Source: a virus
Lineage: Duplodnaviria; Caudoviricetes
IMG/VR virus record: IMGVR_UViG_3300020463_000023
Span: 1-58,852 of that record
Reading direction: 5' to 3' (one strand)
DNA length: 58,852 nucleotides
A program made the position numbers and the translations under genes. Each line of letters begins with the position of its first letter. Position 1 is the first letter of the stretch. Under the pieces are notes generated by a model. It did not search any database. It was given only the letters and a program-made list of their open reading frames with translations, and was not told the DNA's origin. Positions 8,936-18,070 of the stretch are shown here, one piece after another.

Positions 8936-9548
8936 AAATATTGGTATGGACACGGTTGAGCAATTCGAAAAAGAAATTGCAAACTTTTATGATGCACCCT
9001 ATGCCGTTGCAACAGACAGTTGCACACACGCAATAGAACTTTGTCTAAGACACAGGCCACCAGCACCGGGCATAGAGTTGTCTGTTCCTTCAAGGACCTA
9101 TATCAGTATTCCTTTCACTTTGATAAAGTTGGATCTCCAATGGAATTTTGTTGATCAGGTGTGGCAAGATTATTATTACATCGGCGGCACAAACATCATA
9201 GACGCCGCAGTGTTTTTCCAAAGAGGCGGATACATCAGAGGAAACTACATGTGTCTAAGTTTCCAATTCAAAAAGGCATTGAGCCTAGGACGCGGTGGTG
9301 CAATACTATGCGATAATCTAGCCGACTACGAGCAATTGAAGATGATGAGTCATGATGGCAGGAAAATTGATGCTCCATGGCGTGAGCAAAACATCGCAAA
9401 AGTTGGATATCACTATTACATGACTCCGGAAACCGCAGATCTAGGGATACAAAAACTTCAACACGCTGTACCTAAACCAACTCAAGGCAGTGAGGATTAT
9501 CCATTCCTTCCAAACATGGATGTGTTCAAGCAACTGGATAAAAATTAA
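8925..9548 (+). CDS. short DegT-family aminotransferase (paralog of 2783-3370)
   Basis: ATDSCTHAIELC, IDAA, LSFQFKK, GRGGAIL, GYHYYM. Confidence 0.8.
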   Translation: MANKNIGMDTVEQFEKEIANFYDAPYAVATDSCTHAIELCLRHRPPAPGIELSVPSRTYISIPFTLIKLDLQWNFVDQVWQDYYYIGGTNIIDAAVFFQRGGYIRGNYMCLSFQFKKALSLGRGGAILCDNLADYEQLKMMSHDGRKIDAPWREQNIAKVGYHYYMTPETADLGIQKLQHAVPKPTQGSEDYPFLPNMDVFKQLDKN

Positions 9549-10528
9549 TTTGTTCGTTCTACATCAACAGTAATACAATGGAAACATCCGCCTAGAGTAC
9601 GGGCATGTCTCATGGGTAGCATGGCAGAATCTATTTTGTATTTTGCTAATTCTTTTCTAAGATTTTGCTGGTGTTCTTCCAGTACCACTAAATTTTCATT
9701 TATAGATAAAAGATTTACATTGATCCATGGACTAGAATTGCAATGGCCTGGATAATGACCTATGTCAACTGGTTCCGGGGCATTGATTACGTCCCAACTA
9801 CGCAATGGCAAAGGTAACTGTGACTTGTCTTTGATCCTCGAGGGGTTCACTAACAAGAGTCCTTCCCTTAGTAAGGCGATGGTGCTGTCCAAGTGCATGT
9901 AGGAATAAACGTCCTCGATAGTATGCACTTTCGCAGACTGTCCGACTATCTCCTGTAAAGTATCAGCACCTTTACGATTACCACTGTTACTCACAAGGTA
10001 ATACAGATTGTCATTGTGTTTCAGAATGTTGGCCGCATCAAAGCAAGGCTCCGTTTCGTTCAAGGCCAGCACGTTGGGGTCGCCCACGCAACCTAGATTA
10101 TACAAACTATCTTCACGTTCTATAGTGATGTGATGTCTGACAGTATCAAATTTATCAAATAGTTTGTCATATGCTCGGTGCTCACTGGCCCTCGCTCTCA
10201 AGGACATTGGTGTATAGATAACATTGTGGCCATGCACCAACACCGTGTCTCTTGGACAATAGGTGTAGTATTCTGGATCATGTTCTGGGTCCGGCCTCAA
10301 AACATTGATTTTTTCGCCTTTCAAAAAATCAATAAAGATAGCGATGTCTTCATTGGTTTCATCAATCACCTGCTGTGGATACAGGCCTTGCCCAGGAAGG
10401 TCGCTGTCTTTTGTTTTATCAGCGTAATTCACACACCTCATGCTGATGTCATTGATTGGTATCTTGGCCCCTGTGGCATCTCCGACGATCACTGTTTTCA
10501 GTTGGCTGTATTCGTTCCTGCTTAACAT
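9545..10528 (-). CDS. amidinotransferase 3
   Basis: NEYSQLKTVIVG, YCPRD, FDAAN, HLDST, GGCFHCITVD. Confidence 0.88.
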   Translation of the reverse strand: MLSRNEYSQLKTVIVGDATGAKIPINDISMRCVNYADKTKDSDLPGQGLYPQQVIDETNEDIAIFIDFLKGEKINVLRPDPEHDPEYYTYCPRDTVLVHGHNVIYTPMSLRARASEHRAYDKLFDKFDTVRHHITIEREDSLYNLGCVGDPNVLALNETEPCFDAANILKHNDNLYYLVSNSGNRKGADTLQEIVGQSAKVHTIEDVYSYMHLDSTIALLREGLLLVNPSRIKDKSQLPLPLRSWDVINAPEPVDIGHYPGHCNSSPWINVNLLSINENLVVLEEHQQNLRKELAKYKIDSAMLPMRHARTLGGCFHCITVDVERTN

Positions 10529-11013
10529 TTTAATCCAGTGACTTGTAAAATATATCGATCTTCATTTCCTAGGTTTGCGGCCATGTGTTCCACACCATAC
10601 CCCCACCCAAAGTAACTTCCGGCCGAGCCTGTGCATATTTGATCCCGTATCCAGAGCTGATGTCCGGCCTTTTGATCATGCAGAAAGACAATGAATCTTT
10701 GTATATCTTGAACTTGCTCTTTTTTGATCTGATTCCTTGTGATGTAGGAAGTATACTTGTCGGTATGGTAGGGTAAAACTTTTCCAGGTGCCAGTTTATT
10801 GACAGCAACAACTTTTTTTGTGAGTGGTAAATCTTTAACAGCATCATAGAACACACCCAATAACTGTTCTTGGAAGCACATGGATACTCCAACGTTATAA
10901 TTGGTTGTGTCGACTACCGCATTGAATTTTTCTTCATGCCGATCGTTCTCGAACCATGGTAGGCCTGTGTAATTTTGTTCTGCCCATGTCACTGGAATTT
11001 TTCCTTTAATCAT
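10522..11013 (-). CDS. 2OG-Fe(II) oxygenase (paralog of 3991-4542)
   Basis: PGKVLPYHTD, GHQLWI, HMAANLG..RYILQVTG. Confidence 0.75.
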   Translation of the reverse strand: MIKGKIPVTWAEQNYTGLPWFENDRHEEKFNAVVDTTNYNVGVSMCFQEQLLGVFYDAVKDLPLTKKVVAVNKLAPGKVLPYHTDKYTSYITRNQIKKEQVQDIQRFIVFLHDQKAGHQLWIRDQICTGSAGSYFGWGYGVEHMAANLGNEDRYILQVTGLKC

Positions 11014-12041
11014 TTGCCACTTATTCCTGTATCGTAATTGTTAGTCAATCTCGGATTCCAGTCTGAGGTGTCGACGTGACGTTGTATGCTGATGCGATCT
11101 GCACCCATGAACCATCCAGAAGAGACCGATAATGGTATCTGTATTGGGATAGATTGCTTGGCAAAGAAAGTGTTTCTGTTGTGTTGCCTCACTTCAGCAG
11201 TTTGATCATAGAAGTCTTTAGTGTCCACCTCGATGAAGTCTTGACAGCATTGGACTATTTTTTCTATCCTTTTATGGTTGTCTATTTCTTGGTCGTAGCT
11301 CTCGTCTATCCATTTGTCAAATGTACGGTAGCCCTGGCCTCGCATGTATTTTAGATACCCAGGTGGTCCGAACACCACAAAAGGATGCTCTGCCATCAAT
11401 GGTTTATAAATCTTCTCGCTCAACTGGTATGACTTATCATTTGAATTTGTTTCCAGCACCACGCTTAACTTAGAATGCCTGTAGTGCGGTTCATGGGCTA
11501 TCAAGCACAATTCACGTGGATTATCCTCGTATCCATTCATGTCATCTTCTATGTGATATACACAATCATTATCAGGTGACTTCGCACTGACATAACTATT
11601 TTTCAATAAATTCTTTTTCTCCATTCCTTTAATGAGATCTATCCTGTCAATATGATCACGACCTAGGTATATCAGGAAGTCTTTGTTCTTCACAGAATGA
11701 TCAATCCTTTGAAGATCTTTATTGACCATCTGGATCTCGATGCAGTAGTTGTTGTGCTGGCTGTATGGAAAAGGAAATTTGTCATCCTCCCCCTCGGCCA
11801 ATACCATTATCTTTTCTTGGTTATCTTTGACTATCTTGATGAAATCTTTGTTGAACTCTTTGTGGAACGTCATGTTTTCATTATGGACGACAAAGATTAA
11901 TTCTTTTTTTTGCAGTGCCTTTGTCAACCTGGCCAGACTGTCTTGCATCTGGGAGGGGGTGTTCATGATGTCCATGTATTGCTCAGTCTGGAACACCCTG
12001 AGGTCTTTTGGTTTGAAAGTGTTGACAAGATTGTTGAACAT
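11010..12041 (-). CDS. glycosyltransferase-like protein (GT10-like C-terminal domain)
   Basis: VVLET..LSEKIYKPL.AEHPFVV.G..GYRTF..IDESYD. Confidence 0.5.
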   Translation of the reverse strand: MFNNLVNTFKPKDLRVFQTEQYMDIMNTPSQMQDSLARLTKALQKKELIFVVHNENMTFHKEFNKDFIKIVKDNQEKIMVLAEGEDDKFPFPYSQHNNYCIEIQMVNKDLQRIDHSVKNKDFLIYLGRDHIDRIDLIKGMEKKNLLKNSYVSAKSPDNDCVYHIEDDMNGYEDNPRELCLIAHEPHYRHSKLSVVLETNSNDKSYQLSEKIYKPLMAEHPFVVFGPPGYLKYMRGQGYRTFDKWIDESYDQEIDNHKRIEKIVQCCQDFIEVDTKDFYDQTAEVRQHNRNTFFAKQSIPIQIPLSVSSGWFMGADRISIQRHVDTSDWNPRLTNNYDTGISGK

Positions 12042-12062
12042 AAATATACATACTTAATTCAA

Positions 12063-12422
12063 ATGGCAATAGAATTCACACATCATGAACGTTTCAAGAG
12101 GATACTGGCAGACGGATCAATGTACAAGTTTACCAGTATATCAGATGCCCAGGCCAAGTGTGCATTCCACGATACTTTCCTAACCAGCAATGACCCCTCA
12201 GTGACCTACGCATTGGAAGATTCATCCGAAACATTCAAAGTAACACTGGAGTTCGACAGCAGTGACGCCCAACAGGCATGGTGGCTGGCCGTGTCAGATC
12301 TACACAAAAATGGCATCAGATACTGTCCCAGCGACATCAAATGGCAAGGAGCAGAAAAGCCAGATACGCTACAACAATTTGTGAGAGATCACATACCCGG
12401 AGACGGCGGCTTTTTTGCATAA
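12063..12422 (+). CDS. late protein, triad A member 1
   Basis: start reassigned to MAIEFTH; TAAATA at 12041; similar to the next two ORFs. Confidence 0.7.
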   Translation: MAIEFTHHERFKRILADGSMYKFTSISDAQAKCAFHDTFLTSNDPSVTYALEDSSETFKVTLEFDSSDAQQAWWLAVSDLHKNGIRYCPSDIKWQGAEKPDTLQQFVRDHIPGDGGFFA

Positions 12423-12451
12423 ATATACACTGTAAAAAGGAGAACCAATAA

Positions 12452-12832
12452 ATGGCCGCAGAATTTAAACACACCGAGTACTTCAGAAGAAGATTTGGCA
12501 ACGCAAGTGAGGATAGCTCAATCCATTGGCAGTTGGACACCTTCACCAATGTGGAAGACGCTAAGACAAAGATGGGATTTCATAGCACATATCTCACAAC
12601 CAGCAGTCCAACAATAACCTATGCACTAGCAGATTCTGATAAGACTCTCAAAGTCACTTTTGAGTTCGCATCAGGCGATGATCAAGACGCATGGAAGACA
12701 GCAGTAACCAACCTGGCAGATAGTTCAACGGCATGGTACAACAGTGACATAGAGTGGTTCAAAATTGAATGGTTGGCGGCAGACGGTTCTGTTGAAAACA
12801 CACACGAGTTTGATCCTTTTCCGGGTGATTAG
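12452..12832 (+). CDS. late protein, triad A member 2
   Basis: AGGAG SD, TAAATA upstream; TSSPT..ALADSDKTL motif. Confidence 0.75.
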   Translation: MAAEFKHTEYFRRRFGNASEDSSIHWQLDTFTNVEDAKTKMGFHSTYLTTSSPTITYALADSDKTLKVTFEFASGDDQDAWKTAVTNLADSSTAWYNSDIEWFKIEWLAADGSVENTHEFDPFPGD

Positions 12833-12851
12833 TAATGGCCGCTGAGTAGTA

Positions 12852-13205
12852 ATGGCCGCAGAATACAAACACAAAAGATATTTCAGAGTAAGAAGAGACG
12901 ATGGCAATATCTATACGTTCAGCTCAACGGCAGATGCCAACACTAAGATAGGTTTTACATCTGTATACAGCACTTCATCACCAACAAAAGTCGAAGCACT
13001 GGCAGACAGTGACAAAACACTTGTGGTTTGTTATGAATTCAATGATAAAAATGAACAGATGACATTCAAGAATGCTATAGACGTAGCCTGGGCCGAGAGT
13101 CCTCATTCACCGTTCAATCCCGCAGACGCAACTGACACGGTGGAACACTTCAAGACTGAGTGGTTAGACAAAGATGGGTCTGTAGGTAACACATCAAATT
13201 TATAG
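12852..13205 (+). CDS. late protein, triad A member 3
   Basis: MAAEYKH, TSSPT..ALADSDKTL, FK.EWL..DGSV. Confidence 0.75.
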   Translation: MAAEYKHKRYFRVRRDDGNIYTFSSTADANTKIGFTSVYSTSSPTKVEALADSDKTLVVCYEFNDKNEQMTFKNAIDVAWAESPHSPFNPADATDTVEHFKTEWLDKDGSVGNTSNL

Positions 13206-13212
13206 CAGTCAC

Positions 13213-13247
13213 AAAAAAAGGGCGACACATTTCTGCACCGCCCTTTT
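13213..13247. terminator. bidirectional intrinsic terminator
   Basis: AAAAAAAGGGCG...CGCCCTTTT between convergent genes. Confidence 0.8.
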
Positions 13248-13259
13248 AGAATTAATTAA

Positions 13260-13631
13260 TTACGCAGAGTAATTAATAACTTTTCTGCCTGATTTCTTTA
13301 ATAAAGAAATGATGTTTGACTTCATAGTCAAAGCAGAGTTTTTAGGTGCTGTACCTAATACTTCTACTGTAAAGTCTAAACCTTTTGATAACAACTTGTT
13401 AGTCGCTGTTTTTCTTGCAGTGTTTTTTACTGCTAGGTTTTTGAACTTGATTTTACCACCGTGTACTTCACCATTCACTTTGTATGAAGATGCCGGCTCC
13501 GCAAATACACCAATTTGCTTCGCTCTTGATTTGAAGTTTCTTGTGTATACAACGTATTGTGTTGAGTTTGCCATGGTTTTTGTTTCCTTCTTAGTAGATG
13601 GAAAAAGTGTATTGAACATACTTGTTAGCAT
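13260..13631 (-). CDS. small basic early protein
   Basis: TTGACA-N17-TATAAT upstream on the minus strand; AAGGA SD; second in-frame start MANST also preceded by AAGGAAACAA. Confidence 0.7.
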   Translation of the reverse strand: MLTSMFNTLFPSTKKETKTMANSTQYVVYTRNFKSRAKQIGVFAEPASSYKVNGEVHGGKIKFKNLAVKNTARKTATNKLLSKGLDFTVEVLGTAPKNSALTMKSNIISLLKKSGRKVINYSA

Positions 13632-13753
13632 ATTGTTTCCTTTTCCTTTATTATTGTTATATGGTTACGTAACTCTGGAGTTTCAATCTCTGTTATCCTA
13701 CGTTCCATGTTTACAATTATATACTAAAACGTGTGAAATGTCAACCAGGAGCA

Positions 13754-14281
13754 TTAACGTGTTTGAAAATAGGAATAACTTGTTAATCTCAGCACGTCTT
13801 TTGGAACTTTTTGTTCCATACCGTGCATTTGTTGACCGTTGTTAAACATTATGTATCCAGAGTTTTTGGTAAAATTAAATGCTTTCCTTAGACTGTCATT
13901 ATTATAAAACACTGTACCCAAGTTGGCAGGTGCTTCTGACAGAAAAACCTGCATGACATAATTTACACCATCGTTGTCTACATGTTTGCCACAATCAAAA
14001 CCTTCAAAGTCTAGCCAGAATCTTGTGTCAATACTTGTGATATCTAGTCCTACTGCTTCCCCAATTAAATCTCTTTTGGTATTGTATTCGTTGTGTATAG
14101 ATTCAAGAACTGATCCAGGTAATATTACTAGTCTTTTTCTTTTCCAGTCCGTTTGCCATTCTTGAGTTGTATATGGTAACGATTCTAATGCCTCACGTGA
14201 CAGATTCTCAATGGTAGAGATGTCTAGTACATCCGTGATCTGGAAAAGATCTACTCTTTCATCAACTGGGTTGATGTGCAT
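13754..14281 (-). CDS. 2OG-Fe(II) oxygenase
   Basis: HVD, LGTVFY, N.GYIM.N, HGM, RLT. Confidence 0.65.
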   Translation of the reverse strand: MHINPVDERVDLFQITDVLDISTIENLSREALESLPYTTQEWQTDWKRKRLVILPGSVLESIHNEYNTKRDLIGEAVGLDITSIDTRFWLDFEGFDCGKHVDNDGVNYVMQVFLSEAPANLGTVFYNNDSLRKAFNFTKNSGYIMFNNGQQMHGMEQKVPKDVLRLTSYSYFQTR

Positions 14282-14694
14282 TAGTTGTCCTTGTAGTCAG
14301 GCACTGCGAACAGGTCTATGCCCTCGTCTAACAATTTGTTGGTCTCTTCCTTGGTGGGCTTGCCATAGAACTTCTGATCACGTTTTCCCTTGGCCGCTTT
14401 CCTGGCCTCCTTGGCAAAGTTCTTGCCAACATCTTGGAAGTCTTTCTTTATCTTCTTGTTGAGTCTGCGAAGTAACTGTTCAGCACTTTCTCCCATTACC
14501 ATGTAGTCGTCTGGAATCTGCTTTTTTTTGGTGGTCTTTACATTAGGTGCCATGATGGCCTTGTCAACATTTGTGCTATCACACATGGGACACTGGATCA
14601 TCGCTTTTTTCTTTTGCCTGGTGTACTCTTTACTGCTAGGGAACCAGCCTTCAAACTCATGATTACAAGTACATCTTAATTGATATTTGATCAT
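14281..14694 (-). CDS. DUF1178 family zinc-ribbon protein
   Basis: MIKYQLRC..NHEFEGWF.SS, CPMC, KAIMAPNV, DVG.NFA.EARK; start 14694 after TAAATA-N5. Confidence 0.85.
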   Translation of the reverse strand: MIKYQLRCTCNHEFEGWFPSSKEYTRQKKKAMIQCPMCDSTNVDKAIMAPNVKTTKKKQIPDDYMVMGESAEQLLRRLNKKIKKDFQDVGKNFAKEARKAAKGKRDQKFYGKPTKEETNKLLDEGIDLFAVPDYKDN

Positions 14695-14750
14695 ATTATT
14701 ATTTACATTATACACTTGACAAACAAAACTGTCTACTATAATATAACAAT

Positions 14751-14891
14751 ATGGCAATTAACGTTTCAGGATATACAAAAGGCAAACCTAAGAAAACTTC
14801 GCAGGGTAAGAACAAGAGCAGGATCAAGATGAGCTCAATGAACAAGCACAAGAAGAGATCTTACAAGTCGTATGCAGGACAAGGCAAATAA
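14751..14891 (+). CDS. 46-aa basic protein ending YxGQGK
   Basis: hand translation MAINVSGYTKGKPKKTSQGKNKSRIKMSSMNKHKKRSYKSYAGQGK; below ORF-track cutoff. Confidence 0.7.
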   Translation: MAINVSGYTKGKPKKTSQGKNKSRIKMSSMNKHKKRSYKSYAGQGK

Positions 14892-15045
14892 CGTCACCTT
14901 ATTAAAAGCACAGATAGGGAACTTAGAAGTGCAGGTGAAAGACTATCAACAGATAGTTCAAGAACTTACAGACAAACTAAAGTTGTACGAGCAAAAGCAC
15001 GGCACAGTGTTTAGGCAATCTAGAAATATCTCAAACCAAAAATAA
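14872..15045 (+). CDS. 57-aa coiled-coil protein
   Basis: hand translation MQDKANNVTLLKAQIGNLEVQVKDYQQIVQELTDKLK. Confidence 0.55.
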   Translation: MQDKANNVTLLKAQIGNLEVQVKDYQQIVQELTDKLKLYEQKHGTVFRQSRNISNQK

Positions 15046-15457
15046 CAGCATCTTTCTTTCTACGGAACTTGATGTGCTCGTAGTCGATGATATGTACGTT
15101 GATCGGACCACCATGCTGGTGCATTATTCTTTCAACATCCAAGGGTCGGATTGTGATCCTGTCATCTTCGGGCAACTTTGCATTGTAACCCCAAAACATT
15201 GGCCACCAGTGTAATGGATTCAGCGAATCGTAATTCTCCTTCATTATTAGCAAGAACACAAGTGGTGCTATTGTGAATGGTTCTACCCACCATGGGATTA
15301 CGTCCAGCGTGGCCGAGTCTATCATATGCACGATGCCGGTCCACACTCCAATAATGGCAAACAAGATACCCATTATGGGCCAAAATTCTTCCTCAGCATC
15401 CAAATCATGATCATGATGCGAATACATTCTTATCTTGTGTTGCCCTTTAAACGTCAT
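15020..15457 (-). CDS. membrane protein
   Basis: two hydrophobic segments; HHDHD near the N-terminus. Confidence 0.65.
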   Translation of the reverse strand: MTFKGQHKIRMYSHHDHDLDAEEEFWPIMGILFAIIGVWTGIVHMIDSATLDVIPWWVEPFTIAPLVFLLIMKENYDSLNPLHWWPMFWGYNAKLPEDDRITIRPLDVERIMHQHGGPINVHIIDYEHIKFRRKKDAVIFGLRYF

Positions 15458-15529
15458 ACTAAAGTATATATGTTCTTATCCAGTAGACTTTAACTATTAT
15501 TGTGCTATAATAAGACTTAAATACCTACA

Positions 15530-15829
15530 ATGCAAAAACGTACAAAAAGTCTATTAGAAGAATTGAGCTCGATGCCCCTCAAAAGAGACAAGGAAGAGGT
15601 GGTAGAAAGCAGAGCCTCACATATACTGGAATCAACTATAAGGTTGATCACGTACATCAGAGAGAACTTCGATCAGGACACCGCATTCAAACTCGAGAAG
15701 AAGTTCAACTCAGCGATCAAAAACATGGACGCATCCAAGTTCAGCAAAGGTGTTGCTCGTATCAAAGAGAACAGAGACGTTAAAGAAAATCTATTGAAAA
15801 TCAAAGACGGCGAATACAAAGAGGACTAA
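15530..15829 (+). CDS. hypothetical late protein
   Basis: TAAATA-N6-ATG. Confidence 0.7.
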   Translation: MQKRTKSLLEELSSMPLKRDKEEVVESRASHILESTIRLITYIRENFDQDTAFKLEKKFNSAIKNMDASKFSKGVARIKENRDVKENLLKIKDGEYKED

Positions 15830-15831
15830 TC

Positions 15832-17049
15832 ATGCTGATAGAAGATGTCCTAACAGAATTTAAAAGGACACACCTTGAACACATTGAGGACATTGTGATC
15901 ACTGATGGCTACGAGGGTGGCAAGGCTGTCCTGGAATACTTCAGAGGATTGTTACTTACTCTCAAAGGCACAAGCTCAGAAGCAATGAGTGTGTCGGTCA
16001 AGTGGGATGGTGCACCTGCCGTGGTGTGTGGGACCAACCCAGATAACGGCAAGTGGTTCGTGGGCACAAAATCAGTTTTCAATCCAGGCACTCCGAAGAT
16101 CAATTACACAAAGAAAGACATAGCAAACAATCACGGCACGGACGATCTAGGACAGAAACTTTTAAAGTGTCTTGTGCATCTTAAGAAACTGAATATACAA
16201 GGTGTTGTGCAAGGAGACTTGTTGTACACAGATGAGGACATCACAAGGAAGAACATCGATGGCAAGCCTCACTTGACGTTCACTCCAAACACAATAACAT
16301 ACGCCGTACCAGAAGGTGGCGAGTTGGCAAAACAGATAGACAGAGCCAAGGTAGGAATCATATTCCATACAACATACAACGGTGACACACTGGCGGACAT
16401 GACAGCATCGGGTGGAGCGGATGCAAGTTCGTTCTCCAAAAGCAATGATGTGTTCTTTGACAATGCAACATACAAGGACGTGTCAGGCAGTGCCAAGTTC
16501 ACTGACGATGAAACAAAAAATTTCTACAATGGTATTGAGAAACTAGAAACACTGTTGGATGCTGTTCCTAGAGACCTAGCAAGTGTGTTGGGACAGAATG
16601 CAGACTTCGTACCCACTTTCATGATCTACATAAACGCAATGGTCAAGCAAGGCCAACTGCCAAGTAACGTCAATCAGTTCCTGCAAGGATTCAAGAAGTT
16701 CTACGCAGACAGAATGCAACAGCAGATGTCAGGCCTGAAGGCACAGAAGGCGTTGGCGTTAAGACAGGACAAGATCAAACAGATGCCAGTGTTCCTCAAC
16801 AGGGCCAAGAAACCATTACAGGCAATGTTGACTTTCTACAAAGCGGTACAGACCATGAAGGCATTTGTGTTGAAGAAAATGAATCAAGCACAAGCGATAG
16901 GATCATTTCAGCAAACAGATGGTGGACTACAAGTGACAGAACCAGAGGGATTCGTTGCTGTTGACAAGTCAGGAAGTGCTGTGAAGTTGGTAGATAGGCT
17001 TGGATTCTCAAGAAGAAACTTGACTGGTATCAGCAAATTCAAGAAATAG
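15832..17049 (+). CDS. DUF6267-like protein with ligase-type nucleotidyltransferase motifs
   Basis: HLEHIED, VKWDGAPA (KxDG), QGD, EGFVAV, KLVDR.GFS..N. Confidence 0.65.
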   Translation: MLIEDVLTEFKRTHLEHIEDIVITDGYEGGKAVLEYFRGLLLTLKGTSSEAMSVSVKWDGAPAVVCGTNPDNGKWFVGTKSVFNPGTPKINYTKKDIANNHGTDDLGQKLLKCLVHLKKLNIQGVVQGDLLYTDEDITRKNIDGKPHLTFTPNTITYAVPEGGELAKQIDRAKVGIIFHTTYNGDTLADMTASGGADASSFSKSNDVFFDNATYKDVSGSAKFTDDETKNFYNGIEKLETLLDAVPRDLASVLGQNADFVPTFMIYINAMVKQGQLPSNVNQFLQGFKKFYADRMQQQMSGLKAQKALALRQDKIKQMPVFLNRAKKPLQAMLTFYKAVQTMKAFVLKKMNQAQAIGSFQQTDGGLQVTEPEGFVAVDKSGSAVKLVDRLGFSRRNLTGISKFKK

Positions 17050-18051
17050 GTCTAAGTGCTTATTAATTTCTAAACTTAATTTTTCTTTATTGAACATGGT
17101 GTCGTGGTTGTGTTTTCTCAACGCTTTGGTCAAGGAGTATATGTCTTGCCACGGTGCGTCACGTAACCTGTCACACACATCAACAATGGTGTTGATCCGC
17201 ATATTAGGATCTCTGTCTAGGTCATATGCTTCTTCAAAATAGTTGTTGAAAGTCCTGAAACCCATCTCTCTAAGTTTTTGTAGATATAAATGATTGCCGT
17301 GAACCACAAAAACGTGCTGTGCAAGTATTGGTTTCCAAATTTTTTCTGTCATAAAAATTTCGTTGTTGTTGTCATTGGTTTCGGACACTATGCTACAAGC
17401 AGTATCATTGTAAGGCTTCTCATATATGTCTTGGTCCATACCATACTGTGGATAGTCTTGTGCCCATGGCAGTTCATAATCTGCAGGCAGTTTCCTGTCC
17501 GGCCAATTGGTGTACAAACTATTTTCTAATATGCCTTTGTTTGACAATTCAGTGTAAAGTTTTTCTCTGTGGTCCCTTTGCGTCTTGTTGAGATATAGGA
17601 AATCGTATTTTTTGTAAGAGTGATCAAAGTTAAAAGTTTTACCATTGTGTCGGTTGTACATGTGATGCCAAAACCAAGTGGTACCGCCTGTCCACTTGAT
17701 GTGATCCACATCAATTTTGGGCCACATGTATTCTGGATGTTCATTGATGTTTTGTAATGACTCCCATGGGTTTGCTTTAATGAAAACAAATCCCTGGCTT
17801 TTGAGCAGATCTACTCGCCTGTGCAGTTCGGTCATGAATTCTGCGTTGTCCTTCAATCGATCATTGTCAGAACGTGTATCGATCATGGCAAACCTCCTGT
17901 CATAGGAGTCAAGATCGTATTCGTGCAGGGTATAATACTCTCCTGTCATATCGAATGACTGTCCTGCCATCGAGTGCATTGAAATGTAACTCTCCAACTC
18001 CTGATGATTTCCGGTCTTCATGACATCGGTAAGAATAAAGTTTCGTTGCAT
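17008..18051 (-). CDS. glycosyltransferase-like protein (GT10-like C-terminal domain)
   Basis: SIVSET..FMTEKIWKPI.AQH.FVV.G..GFRTF..E.YD. Confidence 0.5.
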   Translation of the reverse strand: MQRNFILTDVMKTGNHQELESYISMHSMAGQSFDMTGEYYTLHEYDLDSYDRRFAMIDTRSDNDRLKDNAEFMTELHRRVDLLKSQGFVFIKANPWESLQNINEHPEYMWPKIDVDHIKWTGGTTWFWHHMYNRHNGKTFNFDHSYKKYDFLYLNKTQRDHREKLYTELSNKGILENSLYTNWPDRKLPADYELPWAQDYPQYGMDQDIYEKPYNDTACSIVSETNDNNNEIFMTEKIWKPILAQHVFVVHGNHLYLQKLREMGFRTFNNYFEEAYDLDRDPNMRINTIVDVCDRLRDAPWQDIYSLTKALRKHNHDTMFNKEKLSLEINKHLDLFLEFADTSQVSS

Positions 18052-18070
18052 ATAGCCTATAAATACCTGT

